Below the pieces are notes generated by a model. The model had not been told where the DNA came from and did not search any database. It was given only the letters and a program-made list of their open reading frames with translations. A DNA stretch of 64,000 nucleotides. Source: Dimorphilus gyrociliatus (Eukaryota; Animalia; Annelida). Location: positions 2,976,001-3,040,000 of the forward strand of contig CAJFCJ010000001.1 of the NCBI GenBank assembly GCA_904063045.1, in the 5' to 3' direction. Below are positions 25,622 through 39,363 of this stretch, one piece after another; position 1 is the stretch's first letter, and each line of letters begins with the position of its first letter. The translations under genes were made by a program, and so were the position numbers.

Positions 25622-27334
25622 GATATTTCTTTCTTTCTTTTCTCTTTTCTTCAAAATATTCACTGAATGATCAATTTTTTTGAATAAATTGAATCGATAA
25701 AAACCTGTTAAGTTAATGTCTTTTTTTTAGGAGTTTATTGCTTTATTTCACTATTTACCCAGACGTCCCTGAAGCAGACGTTGTCGACGATACAATCTCA
25801 CTTTGTATATATAAAAATAATTATTTTAAACGAATAATGACCTATAGATTGTTAATTAACATTTATCTCAAGGAAATCTGGTTTTGAAGTGAAAACTGTT
25901 ATACTGGGCCAAGGATGGTAACTATTTCTCTATGGACAAAAAACACAGCTATACTCCACTCTGTTAAAAAGCGATGGTTGAGATGAGTTTCTTTTATGTC
26001 TTATGGACGGTCGATGTAGATCATTACCACATTCTTGTTGCATTAGACAGTTTTTTCTTAGTAAACGTAACCTCGAAAGCCGAACAAATTTACTATAGAA
26101 AATGACTTTTGTGATATTCTTTGTACTTTTTGTCAATTACAGAAGAAAATATATATAAAGCTAATGTCTTCTTATTGAACTTGTTCTATATTGTTTCTTC
26201 ATTTTAGATGAAAGCGTTACAAATAATAACTATAGAGCACAAAGTAGTGTACAAAAAAAACATATAATCTTCAAGGTTCAACAATCGAGGACAGGATCGT
26301 TCTAATTAATATAAGAAGTTTCCTTTAAACATAAATTTTGTAATTAGTAAAGACCCTGGAAGAAGTAAACTAGGACGACTAGTTTTTTTTAATATACAGT
26401 ACCAACTATCTACCAACTATTAACAGCTTATTGTTTAATGTTATTATATATAAAAATACAGTATATACGCATTTTATATTTTGGTTATGAATAATAATTA
26501 TAATAGAAAATAAAAACAATAAAATACTGCAATTTATTGTTTTGCAGTTGACAGATAACTGTATATATATATATATATATATACAGAATATATATAATTT
26601 TCAATATTCTACAATAAGCACTTCTTTTAAATGTTTCTACTAATTTTTTTTTCAATCGCAGGTAAAGTAAATATTCAAATTATTGATTATCTAATGTTTA
26701 ATTGGTTTTTTATAACACCTAGGCCTTTCTTTCTATATTCTTACAACTGTTTGACTATCTATAAATAAATAGCAAGATATTTCTTTAAAAAAAAAAATCA
26801 ACATTTGCTGTAAGAGATCATTAGAAATGTGTTTAGAAAGAGGAAAATATGGGATATATAACATTTAGTTTTAAAGAAATTCTATGCCAATGTCATATTT
26901 AATTTAATAGGATTTTATAAGAGAAGAAGAAATCGTTGGTATCTTTATATTTTTGACTGGGTAAGTTGAATAAATCATTGAAAAGAATTTTATTAAATAT
27001 GTGTAGAAACTTGAATAGATTACAAATGATAAACTCTTGTTATTTAATATGGAAGAAGAGAAATATATATATTCTTATAATGGTATAAATACACAAAATA
27101 CTCCTTATTACATAGTTTCACAGGTACAGTATTAATTTGTAATAAGTAATACCTTATATGTTTGTTAAGCAGTTTAATAATTCAATAATTGTAAACCTTA
27201 AAGATAAATGAATGAAAAAAATTGGATACTAAACTAATAAATAATTCATTATTATTTTTCATTCCATTAATTAAACGCCTATCAATATTTTACGTTATTT
27301 TTTACTTTATCTTCTTCTTTCCCTTTTGTTTTTC

Positions 27335-29894
27335 ATGAACGAAAACAAACAGGCCTATGGCAATAACGTTAGTCAATCGATCTATTCTCAGCAACATTCT
27401 TTACGTAACGATAATCCTAAAAGCTCTCCAGTTAATGTTACGATCGGCTACAGAAAGCCAGTTATAAAACGTAAAAGACTGATAACAAACGATGGATGCA
27501 AGTTGTATATTATACTTTCTTTGACAATTCTAACGTTGATAGGACTAGGAACTGGTCTATATTTTGGTTTTAGTTTTAAGCAAGGTATAATTCGATTTTT
27601 GGGTGAAAATATCGAAATAATTTATTTATGTTAGATAAAAAGGTTAACATTGAAACAACAACAGAAATAAATTTTTCCCAATCCGATACAATTGATGGAA
27701 ATATTCCGTTACAAACGCTATTATTTACTGAAAGTCAGAAAATCTCCTCCTCTCGTGATAGTGAATTATCAACTTCTATAGCGTGGACCTCAGAGGTAAA
27801 ATGATGTAGGCATAGGGTAGAAATAGCTTGTATAACATATGTGGCTTTTAAAAAGGGGAAAACTTCAAAGGAGTCTTTTTCAAAAATATCATCATACGTC
27901 TCATCAGTAACGGATAAAATTAAATTTGAAAATGTAACAATAAGAGCAGACGATGAGGCAACAAAACATCGGGAAGAGACTAGCTCTTTATTTACAACGA
28001 ACCCTCCTCAAATCTCCGATAAAACTACAGAAACGTCAACTGTTCCAGATAAAATTACTCCAATTTCTAATACTATTTGGACAAGACTAACGAAAAAAGA
28101 AGATTTTACTTCCAAACAACCGGCAACAACTAAAGACGAGGATAAACAGACTACATTATCCTCAAGAGCAAGTACATTTCCTATTAAAACATCTGATATG
28201 ATTCCCTCAAATAGTTTGCCCGTTACAAAAATCAATTATAGTCAAGATAATTTAACTAAGAAGCCTTTTAAGGGAATATCTACGACTAGAAATGCAATAG
28301 AAAATACGTCCGTTAGACAAACTTTTCCAATTGATCTTACGGATAGCACGAGCAATCCTAGAGAGACTAAAAAACAATCCGTTACAACTGATGATGGTTT
28401 CAACACCAAGTCGACTTCTATCACGCTTGAAGCTAGACAAACTGATAAAACTAATCGTGTTTCAACAGTTTCCTTCGAAACCCAAACAAAAATGGCTGTT
28501 ACAGTTACAAAATCGATAAAACTTTCAACTATGGAATTATTATTAGCTAATTTAACAACTGGTCCGACAGATAGAGGGGAAGCCTCTACAGCAAAACTGC
28601 AAACTACTACTTTTACTCCCATTATTAATAATTGCGAATCATTAAATGTTATCGCTCCCCGAATCATAGGTGGATCGAATACAGTTCTAGGAGAAATACC
28701 CTGGCAGGTAGAAATGCTTCATTTTTTTTTCTCCTTTTACAAACGTCTTTTTAACATTGTATATCAAAATAAAGCAAAAACAACAGAATATAAATTAATT
28801 AATAAGCAAAAATATACATTGTTTAAGGCCTTTTTGAAGATAAATAGAGTTGGAATGGTTAGTAGGTGCGGAGCTGCTATTATCCATGAAAGATACTTAA
28901 TAACTGCTGCTCATTGCGTAGAAAAGTTAGCATAATTTTTTAAAGCTTTTTCTCTTTGATCCTTTCTTTAAAAAAATTATTAGGCAACCGTTTCGTGTAA
29001 CTGCAATTATGGGAACAGCAAATATCAAGAGCCCTGAGAAAGTGGAAGTTCTTTGTACAGACTATTATATACATCCTAACTACTCATCATTGAATTCCGA
29101 ATATAAGAATGATATTGCAGTCTTACGTCTTGATACAGTATTATCTTTTGATTGGAAATTAGGACCAATATGCTTTCCTCAAAGGGATTATTCCGAAGAT
29201 ATTTCCTATGAATGCAATTCATCTGGTTATGGTAGAATCCGTATTAATGGTAGGATAAATAATTAGATATATACGTTTATATATATATATATATATTGAC
29301 AAAGTTATTTCTTTTATTGAATCGTTATTTTATCTTTTTTTCCCTCTCCTCTCTTCTTCCTCGAAGACGACAAAGTTAGTGACATTTTAAGGAAATCTTA
29401 TCAAATAATTGTTCCTGTAGATGAATGTAAAAAGCATTTCTTAAACGATGGTAGTCGTGTGACATCACCAGACATGATATGTTCTAGAGATAAATATAAA
29501 AAAGACTCTGGTACTTGCAACGTTAGTATTCTTTATTATTTAATTTATATAGAGTTTTCTTTTTAATCTTATTCTAATGTAACTAATTGTAATTGGTTTA
29601 TTGCATATATCATTAATGATAATAATTTGTTCTCCTTTTAAAACGAAAGGGTGATTCTGGCGGTCCACTATCCTGTTTTATTGATGGCCAATGGAGAGTA
29701 TTGGGTATCACTAGCTGGGGAAGAAAAAATTGCTCAGATGGTTTTACAGTCTATTCTCGGGTAACAATAAGAAAACCTTACCAATAATCATTACTTCGTA
29801 TATGAAATAACCTGTTTTGTTTTTTCTATTCATTATACAGGTTTGGACTTTCAGAAACTGGATTAACACAGTAATTAAGCTTACGAATAATTAA
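27335..29894 (+). CDS. Type II transmembrane serine protease with mucin-like Ser/Thr stalk and S1 protease domain
   Basis: N-terminal TM ([23 protein letters not shown]), a Thr-rich stalk of about 330 aa, and activation site APR-IIGG. The triad motifs [13 protein letters not shown] and GDSGGP are intact across in-phase GT-AG introns. Confidence 0.92.
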
Positions 29895-31501
29895 TCAAAT
29901 TGAAGGAGTTTATCAATTGTTAATTCACATATGGAATACTAATCAGGATAAAGATGTCTTTCCTTTTCTGGATTTTATCAAAGCGAAAAATGTATATATA
30001 CAGTATATATAATAAAAATTAACGAAAACTGATACTTAACATAATCTATTAATAGAAGTTCAAAGTTAATCGATAGAGAAGGATACATAATATATATATA
30101 TATATATACTGTATATGTATTCAAAGAAACATTCTTTTCCTTCTTTATCAAGATACACACACATTATTTATAATCTAATAGCCTAATTATCATATCACAA
30201 TCTATAATCGAAATGATGAGACGCTTGCCGCTACCCCAAAACACAGCCTTGAGCGTTTATTATTAATTATAGTAGTTCTATTTATAATCTTCACTAATTT
30301 ATTTATTAATATCATATACCTGTTTTTTCTTTTTTTTACAATTTTGCATTATATATAGGGCTTATAAAAAAGAAATCCGTACTAATTCTTACACGCTAAT
30401 TAGTATTTATTTATTCAAATCATGCTAATAAGATAATTAATGCAATATTGGTTGAAATATTGCAAAATAATTCCATCTACTTGCAAGTATTATATAATCG
30501 TATGAAAATATTTTATCATTTTGACGATAGATGGAGATGATTAATAGGATTGATTTTTTTTGTACTTTTTTCTGGCTTTACCTTTATTTTCTCCTACTCA
30601 AAACGTTATCATTCACGTTTCCAGCCTTCAATTTGATTCTAACTGATAAAGAAATATAATTTAATAATTGATATCCTTTTCTTTATATTTTTCCTTTTAA
30701 CTTATAAGAGTCATCAGAAAGATCAAGAGCTAAAAAACTATAGATAATGAGATAGGAGGAAGGGAGAGGGCGAAAAAGAAAGAAAGATAAATAGACTTAG
30801 AGATAGATGGTGAGAGGACTATAGAAATATAAAGTAACGAATGAGAGAGTGGGACGGAGTGAGAGAGAGATATATATTTAGATAGATTATGTGTGCATGT
30901 GAGTGTGTGTGTCTGGATAAGAAAGAGAAAAGAGAAACATAGTTGGAATAGAGAAAAATATATTTACTATTGTAGCCAGGATATAATCTGTGCACCCATA
31001 TACCTAAAGTTTAAAAGAAACAGCAGAGCATAATATGCTCGTGTTACCTATAGCAGAAAAAGAGAATGTATGATATTTTCCGATAAGAATCAATTCCTTA
31101 GAAGACTCAGAAATGTTGGTAACAACGGATAAATACATATCTACAGTATATACAATATACTGTATACTATATATTGTATATAAAAAGTTAGAAGAATAAA
31201 AGTCACGTCCAGTAAAATGATCTTTTATTCAAATAGTATAATTATATAGATTTTAATCATTTTATTCAATATTTATTAACCTATTTAACGAAATAGAAGT
31301 AATGTTTATAATAAGAATGTAATATTTATTATAACAAAACTCGTTTCTCTTTAAAACAAATAGTAAAAAAAAAATAGCAGTTCGTTGACCTTCAAAGGAA
31401 ACAATGAAATGTATAAAAAACAGGGGACGTTTATTATTTTAATCTATTTATCTTATATATATATACTGTACAGACAGTTAATATTCTTTAAATATTTTAA
31501 A

Positions 31502-32992
31502 TTATTCGTCTCTATATACAGAGTTTCTTCTCTCTGTTTCTAGATATTCAGCTTTTGCAGCTAAATACATTTGACGCTCAACTGTTGTTCTTGACGCTGA
31601 TTTTTTATCCAATGCAGTTTTTAATTTCATTCCAGGCCGTTTTTGTAGAGCTCTATTACCTGTAGCTAAACCATTGTTATAGCAAACCGACCTCTTTCTG
31701 ACCCTTTCCATATCACCGCCAGCAGCTGAGAGTTTAGCTTCCATTGTTAATCTGTCATCTCTTTCCCTTCTATCCTCTTCCTCTAAGGCGTTTGACGTGA
31801 CCGTTAAATTGAGGATTATGTCATGCATTTCCGATTTCATTTCTTGCACCCTTTCCCTGAGCTCTTTAGTGCCCTCCCAACTTCTTACCATCTTTAGGGG
31901 CTTACTAGCCGCCGTTCTAGGTCTTGAAGAAACGTTCGAATCGTCTGACCCTTTTCTAGAAGGTCTAGTTTTGGAAACGTTGGCGGATTTTGCTCTAATT
32001 TCAAATTTTGTCTCTATAGGTGGTTGGGTAACAAAGACAGAGGGGCTAGCAGATACGGGTCTTAGAAGTAACCACGGTTGCGAAGCATCATAGTTCAAAA
32101 GAGCGGAAGCCGAAGTATTACCGGCAACAATTTTCCTAATAGTCTCTCTATCCTTATCTTTCTGAGCAAGTCTAAAAGTGGAGAAGGAGAGAAAGAGAGA
32201 AAGAGAAAATAAAATACTTTTTTAGACATCATTTGACCAAAACTTCTAAAAAGTTAATCGAAAGATTTTTTGTCGCCTATTTCTTTACACTTTGCTTTGA
32301 AAATATAGAAAAAGACGTCAAACTAATAATATCTAAAGCGAGAAGAGAAAAAGAAAAGCTTCTTTTATACTATTTATGCCATTATATTTCAATTCTTAGC
32401 TAATATTATTTCATTAATATGTTTATTTAACGTATTGTGATAGTACGATTTATGATAGGCTAGTTTTATTTTACTTTTATTATTCAATAAATTGTATAAA
32501 GTTGATTGAGCGGAAAAATACTTCTTTTCTTTACTAATTGCTATCAATACCATTAGGTCATAAAATTTATATTAATAAGTGTTATCTAATTTGTGTTTTA
32601 TTATAGCTTACTTACCTTTTCTCTAATAGTTTCCTAGCAGATCTTACTGTAGGAGAGACGTAGAGAGATCTGTTCAAGCCCGTTAAATCACCAGCGCTAA
32701 ATGGTCTTCTAGACGGATAATGCAATGGTTTTCTTTCACCATTTTTTGGCTTTGCATAAGAAGGATGTCCGATACTTTCAACATTTTTACCTTCGTAAAC
32801 TTTATTGCAATTGAATTCGAACTGCTGAACTTTAAATTTCTTCTTTTGCAAGTCGAATAAAAAGCTTCTCCTATCCTTTTCAATACTAAATTGTTCCTTT
32901 TTTAAGAGCACATCTTCTAACTGATTTTTAGCAATCACCGATGGATGTGGGTTTAAAGAAATTTTTAATTTGTTGTCCACTTTAGCGGCCAT
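31502..32992 (-). CDS. Uncharacterised basic/coiled-coil protein, about 350 aa (2 exons, intron 32172-32615)
   Basis: ORFs 32612-32992 and 31502-32098 join in phase 2 via GTAAGT...TTTTAG (..KLLEKR-LAQKDK..). The composition is coding-like and there is no recognisable domain. Confidence 0.75.
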
Positions 32993-34841
32993 ATTGCTGA
33001 ATGCAGAGATATTTTTTTTTCGCCAAGAAGGCCTTCAATGGCCTCTGTAAGAGATTAAGGCGGGCTTTTGTCAATAGGAGGATTATATAGCGAATAGTTA
33101 TTAGATAAAATAATTGTCTGTAGTTGAGTTTTATAGTCTTTTGAAAGCCTACGGAGTGTATTTAGACCTATATTTTTAATTTTTATAAGATTTTCTACTG
33201 ATAAGAAGAATCTATAAAACAAAATGTGACTGTTTGTATTTACTTTTAAGTATAGAGTTGCGATGTAAGTTTCATTTCAAGAAGGCTTTTAAGTCTTTAC
33301 ATAATAATCATAATAATAGAAAGTATAAAATAAAACACTTAATGATTTACTAAGTGAACAAACCAATAAGAATTGACAAGCCTCTTACTTAAAATCTATT
33401 ACTCTATTTACTTTTTTCATTCCCTAAATGAATAGAAAAAAAAATAGAAAATATATGGAAATTCTTAAAGGATTGAAGTACTTCCCATACAGTATATTAA
33501 TAAAGATTATCTATGTTATTCTTTGGAATTAAATTAATTATAGGTATTTGTTGAAATTTCTATGTTCAGTGTGAGAAAGAGGGGGAGAAACTATACAATA
33601 TTATTTCTTCTATTACGAAGAATATCAAGTTTTATTTCATCAATCATTTACGCCTTTACGATTATGTCTAAATGGGAGAATTACTTACTAAATTCATAAA
33701 TGTGTTGTATACAATCATTTCTCGTCATATCAAAAGTAGTAATCTATTTAAAAAACACCTAAGCCACCCTAATACTCTAAAATCCCATATTATTACATAT
33801 CTTTAATTAGATATATCCTTTTCTGGTGGAAAAAATTTACTTTCTCATTTAGATAATCATCAAAAGTAATCGCTAGCTGTTACTATCAATAACCTTTATG
33901 CTTATATAATTAATATATGTATATGTATATGTAAAATAAAACTATATCTATATTTCATTTCCACTTACCTGATAATACAATTTTACAATAAATTAAATCC
34001 TAACAATTTCTATAATTTCATATTGATTGCCTACATAGTTTGTTTGAGAATTACGTGATTGTAAGGTAAATTCATTTTATTAAAAAATTTAATTTGAATT
34101 ATGAATATTCATATTGTGATTATGCTCTATATGTTATATAATAATAAGAATGTTATTAATGTATATATATATAAATGTATATATATACAAAGTTAAAAGT
34201 CGGAAAGTATTGATATTTTTTCAAGTGATTTGTAAACAATATATAAATAAAAAAATTGATTAGGATAGGTTGAGGTAGTAAACACATTTCTGGATAACAA
34301 GGAGAGGAAAATACTAAGTTCATTATTTATTAAATATCATTCAAATTAGTGCAGTACGGTGGATATAGATAAAAAAATTTAAATAGTTTTCTAAAATATT
34401 CCTTTTCTCTTCTCTCTCTCTCTCTCTTCTCTTCCTTTCTGTTTTCTCCCACATTTTTTGAGGTTGTAAATGAATTTTTTATTCTAACCTTGCGGTAATT
34501 GCAAAAAAAGAGAGAGAACGTAATGTTTAATTCTCTACAATATACTTTTCTTCTATGCCAATATAAACTTGAATTATTTCATGTAATTTCTGATATAGAT
34601 AGATGTATAGAGATTGTTTTCGGTTCTTGTCTTTGGTACTTACTGCTTTTAGCAGCTGAACCACATTGATTTTCTTTTTTTTGATGGATGAAAACTGGGT
34701 TCTTCGTGTTAACATTTCAAAAAAAAAAACAATTATTATGACTACCAATCAAAAATAGTTTAGAGCCGAAAGAGGTGTTTCTAGGCAGGGAGAAAAACAA
34801 CTTTTCTTCAAGTATACATTCATATTAAAGCTTTCGTTTCT

Positions 34842-35618
34842 TTAAGCTGTGTTTGTTCTCTGTGTATTAGGGTTAGATAAAATATCTTCGTAGGAAGGCA
34901 ATCTGTCGTCGACTACTTCATCGTAGGAAGGCGGTTCTAGTCTATTTTCGTTGCTAACATTTATATGAACACCAGGTGCTGCCACGAGAATTGGCAGTCC
35001 ACCCACCCTACTTGAAACCCTTCCATCTTCTAATCTACCTAGTGGAAGTTGCTCGACAGGAGCGTCTATCACTACCGTTGTTCTAGACGCCGATCTATAC
35101 TTTTTTAACATAATTGAACAAACTAAAAATAATAATGTTATAGGTAAGACAAGACAGATGATATAGTAAATTCTTTTTGTTGCTCCATCAGTATAATTCG
35201 AACAAGTGAAATATGTTTCACATTTGGTATTTAAATCTCTTCGACAAATTTCCGATTGGGCAAGACACTCGTATCCGCATCTTATAAAACCCATTGCACA
35301 GCCTTCCTCCGGACAGTATAAGTCTCTAGCTATACACCGTGGGTATCCCGTATAACATTTCTTCTCGTTCGAACTACACTTTGAACAGGCGGTGAAGAAG
35401 AGATGTGTCTCTACGCACGAGAACGTACTGGAACACCATTTCATATCAGGACCACAATTTGCAAACGGATAGTCATATTCACATTTGGATATATCCGAAG
35501 TTTTGTCTATGCATCTGCCATTAGGACATCTCATCTTTCCATTGGGACAAGAATCAATCATTCCTCTAACTCTTAATAAACTAATTAACGTAAGAACCAA
35601 TATATTTGATGTAGACAT
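34842..35618 (-). CDS. Intronless type I membrane protein: four truncated LDLa-like Cys repeats, TM, cytoplasmic PPSY/LPSY motifs
   Basis: 258-aa ORF with signal peptide, repeats such as CPNGKMRCPNGRCI and CSSNEKKCYTGYPRCI, TM YYIICLVLPITLLFLVCSIML, and tail EPPSYDEVVDDRLPSYEDIL. Confidence 0.85.
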   Translation of the reverse strand: MSTSNILVLTLISLLRVRGMIDSCPNGKMRCPNGRCIDKTSDISKCEYDYPFANCGPDMKWCSSTFSCVETHLFFTACSKCSSNEKKCYTGYPRCIARDLYCPEEGCAMGFIRCGYECLAQSEICRRDLNTKCETYFTCSNYTDGATKRIYYIICLVLPITLLFLVCSIMLKKYRSASRTTVVIDAPVEQLPLGRLEDGRVSSRVGGLPILVAAPGVHINVSNENRLEPPSYDEVVDDRLPSYEDILSNPNTQRTNTA

Positions 35619-35754
35619 CGCCTTAGAGATACACCAAATGAAACTAACACTTGTGACCTTGACCGTAGCTCAGCCTGGCGGTTAATCAATAAAATAATTC
35701 AGAGATGGCATCTAGTGAGCGTTTCTCTCTGTACTGAAAACTTTTTTCCCTGTG

Positions 35755-35756
35755 CC

Positions 35757-35792
<36 letters not shown>
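35755..35792. repeat. Poly-C run followed by (CT)n
   Basis: About 13 C followed by about 12 CT units. Confidence 0.9.
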
Positions 35793-35793
<1 letters not shown>

Positions 35794-36744
35794 TCTTTCT
35801 CGTGTCTTTCAGTCTGTCTAAACTTTAGTTAGTGTTTGCCCTTTTCTCAGTACAAAGTATTAAAATACAAAATTATTTAATGAATATTTATAAAAAACAT
35901 AAATCGAGTACCGTTTCCCCCAAAATAATAATAAAAAGAAAATCGAATACATTCAAACGGAAACAATTAAAATATAAAATATGACTGTTATAAAACTTAC
36001 AGAGCGTTGCGTAATATATCTTATTTGTAGCAAATTTTTCAATTATTCAACGAGTTTTCCAACTGTTAGTTGTTTAGTAGTTTACTATCAAGTATTAAAG
36101 GAGTATAGTTATATATACTAATATATCTATATATATATATATATAGAATAGTACTAAAAATGAAAGGGAAGAAGAAATACAAAGGAGAAATGAAAGAAAA
36201 AAGTAGAAGAGAGAAATAGAGTTAAAAGACATTAATTATTAAATTAATAACGAAACGAAGAATGATTAGTCAAATCACGATATACATACACACTATATAT
36301 TTGTATAGCATTTCTTTTATTAACTAAATGTAACAAAGTTTATTGGGAATTCGACATAAAGGAAGAGAAGGGCAAAAATATAGAATAGTTAGAGGGTAGG
36401 ATTGAAAGGATGCTTTCTTTATTTCTCTTTGAGCCAATAATACATTCAAATCGGTTGTTGGATACTTGCTATTACATTTAGAGAAAGAAAAGACAAATTA
36501 GGTTATCTATTTGTTCGCCGAAAGTAACATATAGATATATTTTGTACATTAAATGAAAAATGTTCTCTCATTAACAAGAAAAATTTATCTTTTAAAAGAA
36601 ATAAATAAACAAAACAACAAATAAAGTTACAAGATAAACATAGATGTTCTATGCGAATGTCCATGTGGAATAATATTCCTTTTATTATATTTATATTGAA
36701 ATTCAATTTAGTTTAAAACGTTTCTTGCTGTAAACGAAAAAACT

Positions 36745-39363
36745 ATGTTCAGAAGAATTGTATTATTGACTATTTTTCTAACAGTGTCCACTGAAGATAT
36801 TATTGTGGACACACAATGGGGACAAGTTACAGGACATACTGTTGATTTGTCCGATGGCACTAAAATTAATAGCTTTTTGTCAATTCCTTTTGCTAAACCT
36901 CCTACTGGCAACCTACGTTTCATGGTAAATGTATTCTCTCTTATTTATTTAACATTTCTATCTTAATTGTATCCTCATTTCTTAATGATAATAAAAAGAA
37001 TTTCTCACTTCTAGCCTCCAGAGAATCCAGATAGATGGGAAAATTATGTTGCCGATTCTTTAGGACCTGTTTGTCCTCAAGGATCTGCTGGAGTATTGTT
37101 GCTCACTCATCCTTTGTGGGATTCATTTGATGAAAATTGCCTTCATTTGAACTTGTACGCTCCAAATACCACGTCATCAAGTGAAGGGTATCCAGTCATG
37201 GTAAGCTTTGCACTATTTTGCAGACTACAACTTATTTGTTATTTGTTATATTTCGTGAAAAATAGGTTTGGTTCCACGGCGGTGGATATACAAGTAGTGG
37301 CAATATTCAATACCCAGGTCATTTCTTAGCTTCTAAAGGGGTCATTGTTGTCGTTCCTAATTATCGTCTTGGACATTTAGGTAGACTAACGATACATTTA
37401 CTAAACAGTAAATTGACATTTTTGATAATATAATACAGGATTTATGTCAACTGGCGATTCTACAGTTCCTGGTAATATGGGTTTATTGGATCAAAGAAAA
37501 GCTTTAGAGTTTATTAGAGATAATGTCGCTAATTTTGGAGGAAATCCTAATAAAGTTACTTTATTCGGTCAATCTGCGGGAGCTAGTAGCGCGGCTCTTC
37601 ATATGTTAATGCCAGAATCAAGAAGTAAAAAAAAAAACAAAGTTTACTATTTAAATGTCACGCATTGTATATAAATTTGCTCTTTAGGTCTATTTCACCA
37701 AATTATTCAAGAATCGGGTGTGGCAATATCTCCATGGGGCTATAATGAAGAATTTCAAGAACCTGAAAAATATACAGAAGAGGCAAACATCTTATCTAAT
37801 TTAATCAAATATTTGATATTTAGCTCTATAATATAAATTTCATGTTTTCTTATCTTGCTAGGTTGCTAGAAAATTAAATTGTACTAGGCCGACAACAGCA
37901 GAAATGATGGATTGTTTACGAGATGTCGATGCTGAAACTTTGAGGACGACTCCATTCGATTGCAAGGTATTTTAAAGAAAACTAGATAAATATTATCTAT
38001 GGCCGTATATTTTGAAAAATAGGCTGGAACTCTTTGTCAAGGATTTGCTCCCGTAGTCGATGGAACTATTCTACCCAGGGATCCTCTTCAAATGAGGGAG
38101 GAAGAAGATTATAAAAAGTGTCCAATTTTGAGTGGACAAACAACCGAAGATGGATCATTGTATACAATTGCTTGTAATTTTTCTTTAGTTTGTAAATACG
38201 CAATCGTTATTAATTATTAGTCGGTATTCTCCTCTTATTATATAGTGGTTCCCGATGCTGTGGAAGGACCCCTAAATATCACAACGTTTAACGAAAATAT
38301 AGATAGATTAACCTCGTATTTCGCTCAAACCTTTCCGAATAGGAAAGATGACGCAATTGCTATTCAACGTTTCTACTATTCGAACTGGGACGATTTGAAC
38401 GATGGTGAAGCCAATAGACAAAAAATCAATGAAGTAAGTATTACACCTATTTCACAGAATTACTTCAATTATTGATTAAATAAAGATGATAACCGATTTT
38501 GCGTGGGGATGGTGCGGAGATCTGCAAGCTAAGCAGCAATCTGAACACGACGATGTTTACATGTACTTGTTCGGATTTAGGAGTAAGCAGGCGGATGATA
38601 TTGTTCCTCCTTGGATGGGTAAGTTAACTAGATTTTTTAAAAATTGGAATAGAATATCTGTTTTATAACTAATAGAAACATATTAACAGGCGTTCCGCAT
38701 AATGGAGAACTACCTTACGTTTTCGGATATCCATTGTTGGAGGTAAAATCTCTTATTAGGCGTACATTTCTCAAATAGAAGACATATCTTATTTAATTTA
38801 TTACAGAGAAATCCAAATGTAAGGCAAGATCAAGAAATGTTTTTCGATTTTATTCCATGGGATAATCTGGATGTAGAATTTTCAGAATATGTTCAAACTT
38901 TATGGACAAATTTTGCTAAAACTGGGTACATGATCTAATTTAAAGAACTTTTAGAGTTCATTCAATAAAATAATTAAGTAAAAGGTTTCTAACTAGATTT
39001 CTCCCTTTTTTTTTTTAGAAATCCAACTCCTACACCAGTAAAACCACCCGGTGACCAACCGGAAACCAACTGGCAAAAGTTTACTAAAACAAACAAAAAC
39101 TATTTGTATATTACTGACAATGATGTAAATATGAAAGTTAATTATAGGCAAAAAAGTCACGCCTATTTCAGAGAATTACTTCAATATCTAATAAATAGTG
39201 AGCCAGGTGAGAGCCTAAATAACCTTTACAGCTCTAGGCATCAAACGTGTCTTGTATTTTAACAGGGAAAAAAATTAACGCTAAGCCCTGGGCAAAGAGT
39301 ATGACTTCCGATACCATAGAAAAGGCCTACAGCAAATTAGGAAGAAAGTTCATGAGAGGATGA
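36745..39363 (+). CDS. Type-B carboxylesterase/cholinesterase-family enzyme, paralog 1 (13 exons)
   Basis: Signal peptide, [24 protein letters not shown], oxyanion loop WFHGGG, NYRLG, nucleophile GQSAG, acid GQTTEDG, His GVPHNGEL. Confidence 0.93.

Noticed and set aside
28008-28667. Long antisense ORFs opposite the protease stalk (similar cases at 31797-32093, 53332-53559, 58474-58944)
   Set aside because: These are shadows of real coding sequence on the other strand; Thr/Ser-rich codons give few antisense stops.
34271-34280. TGAGGTAGTA, identical to the first 10 nt of let-7
   Set aside because: The rest of the mature sequence does not match and there is no complementary hairpin arm.
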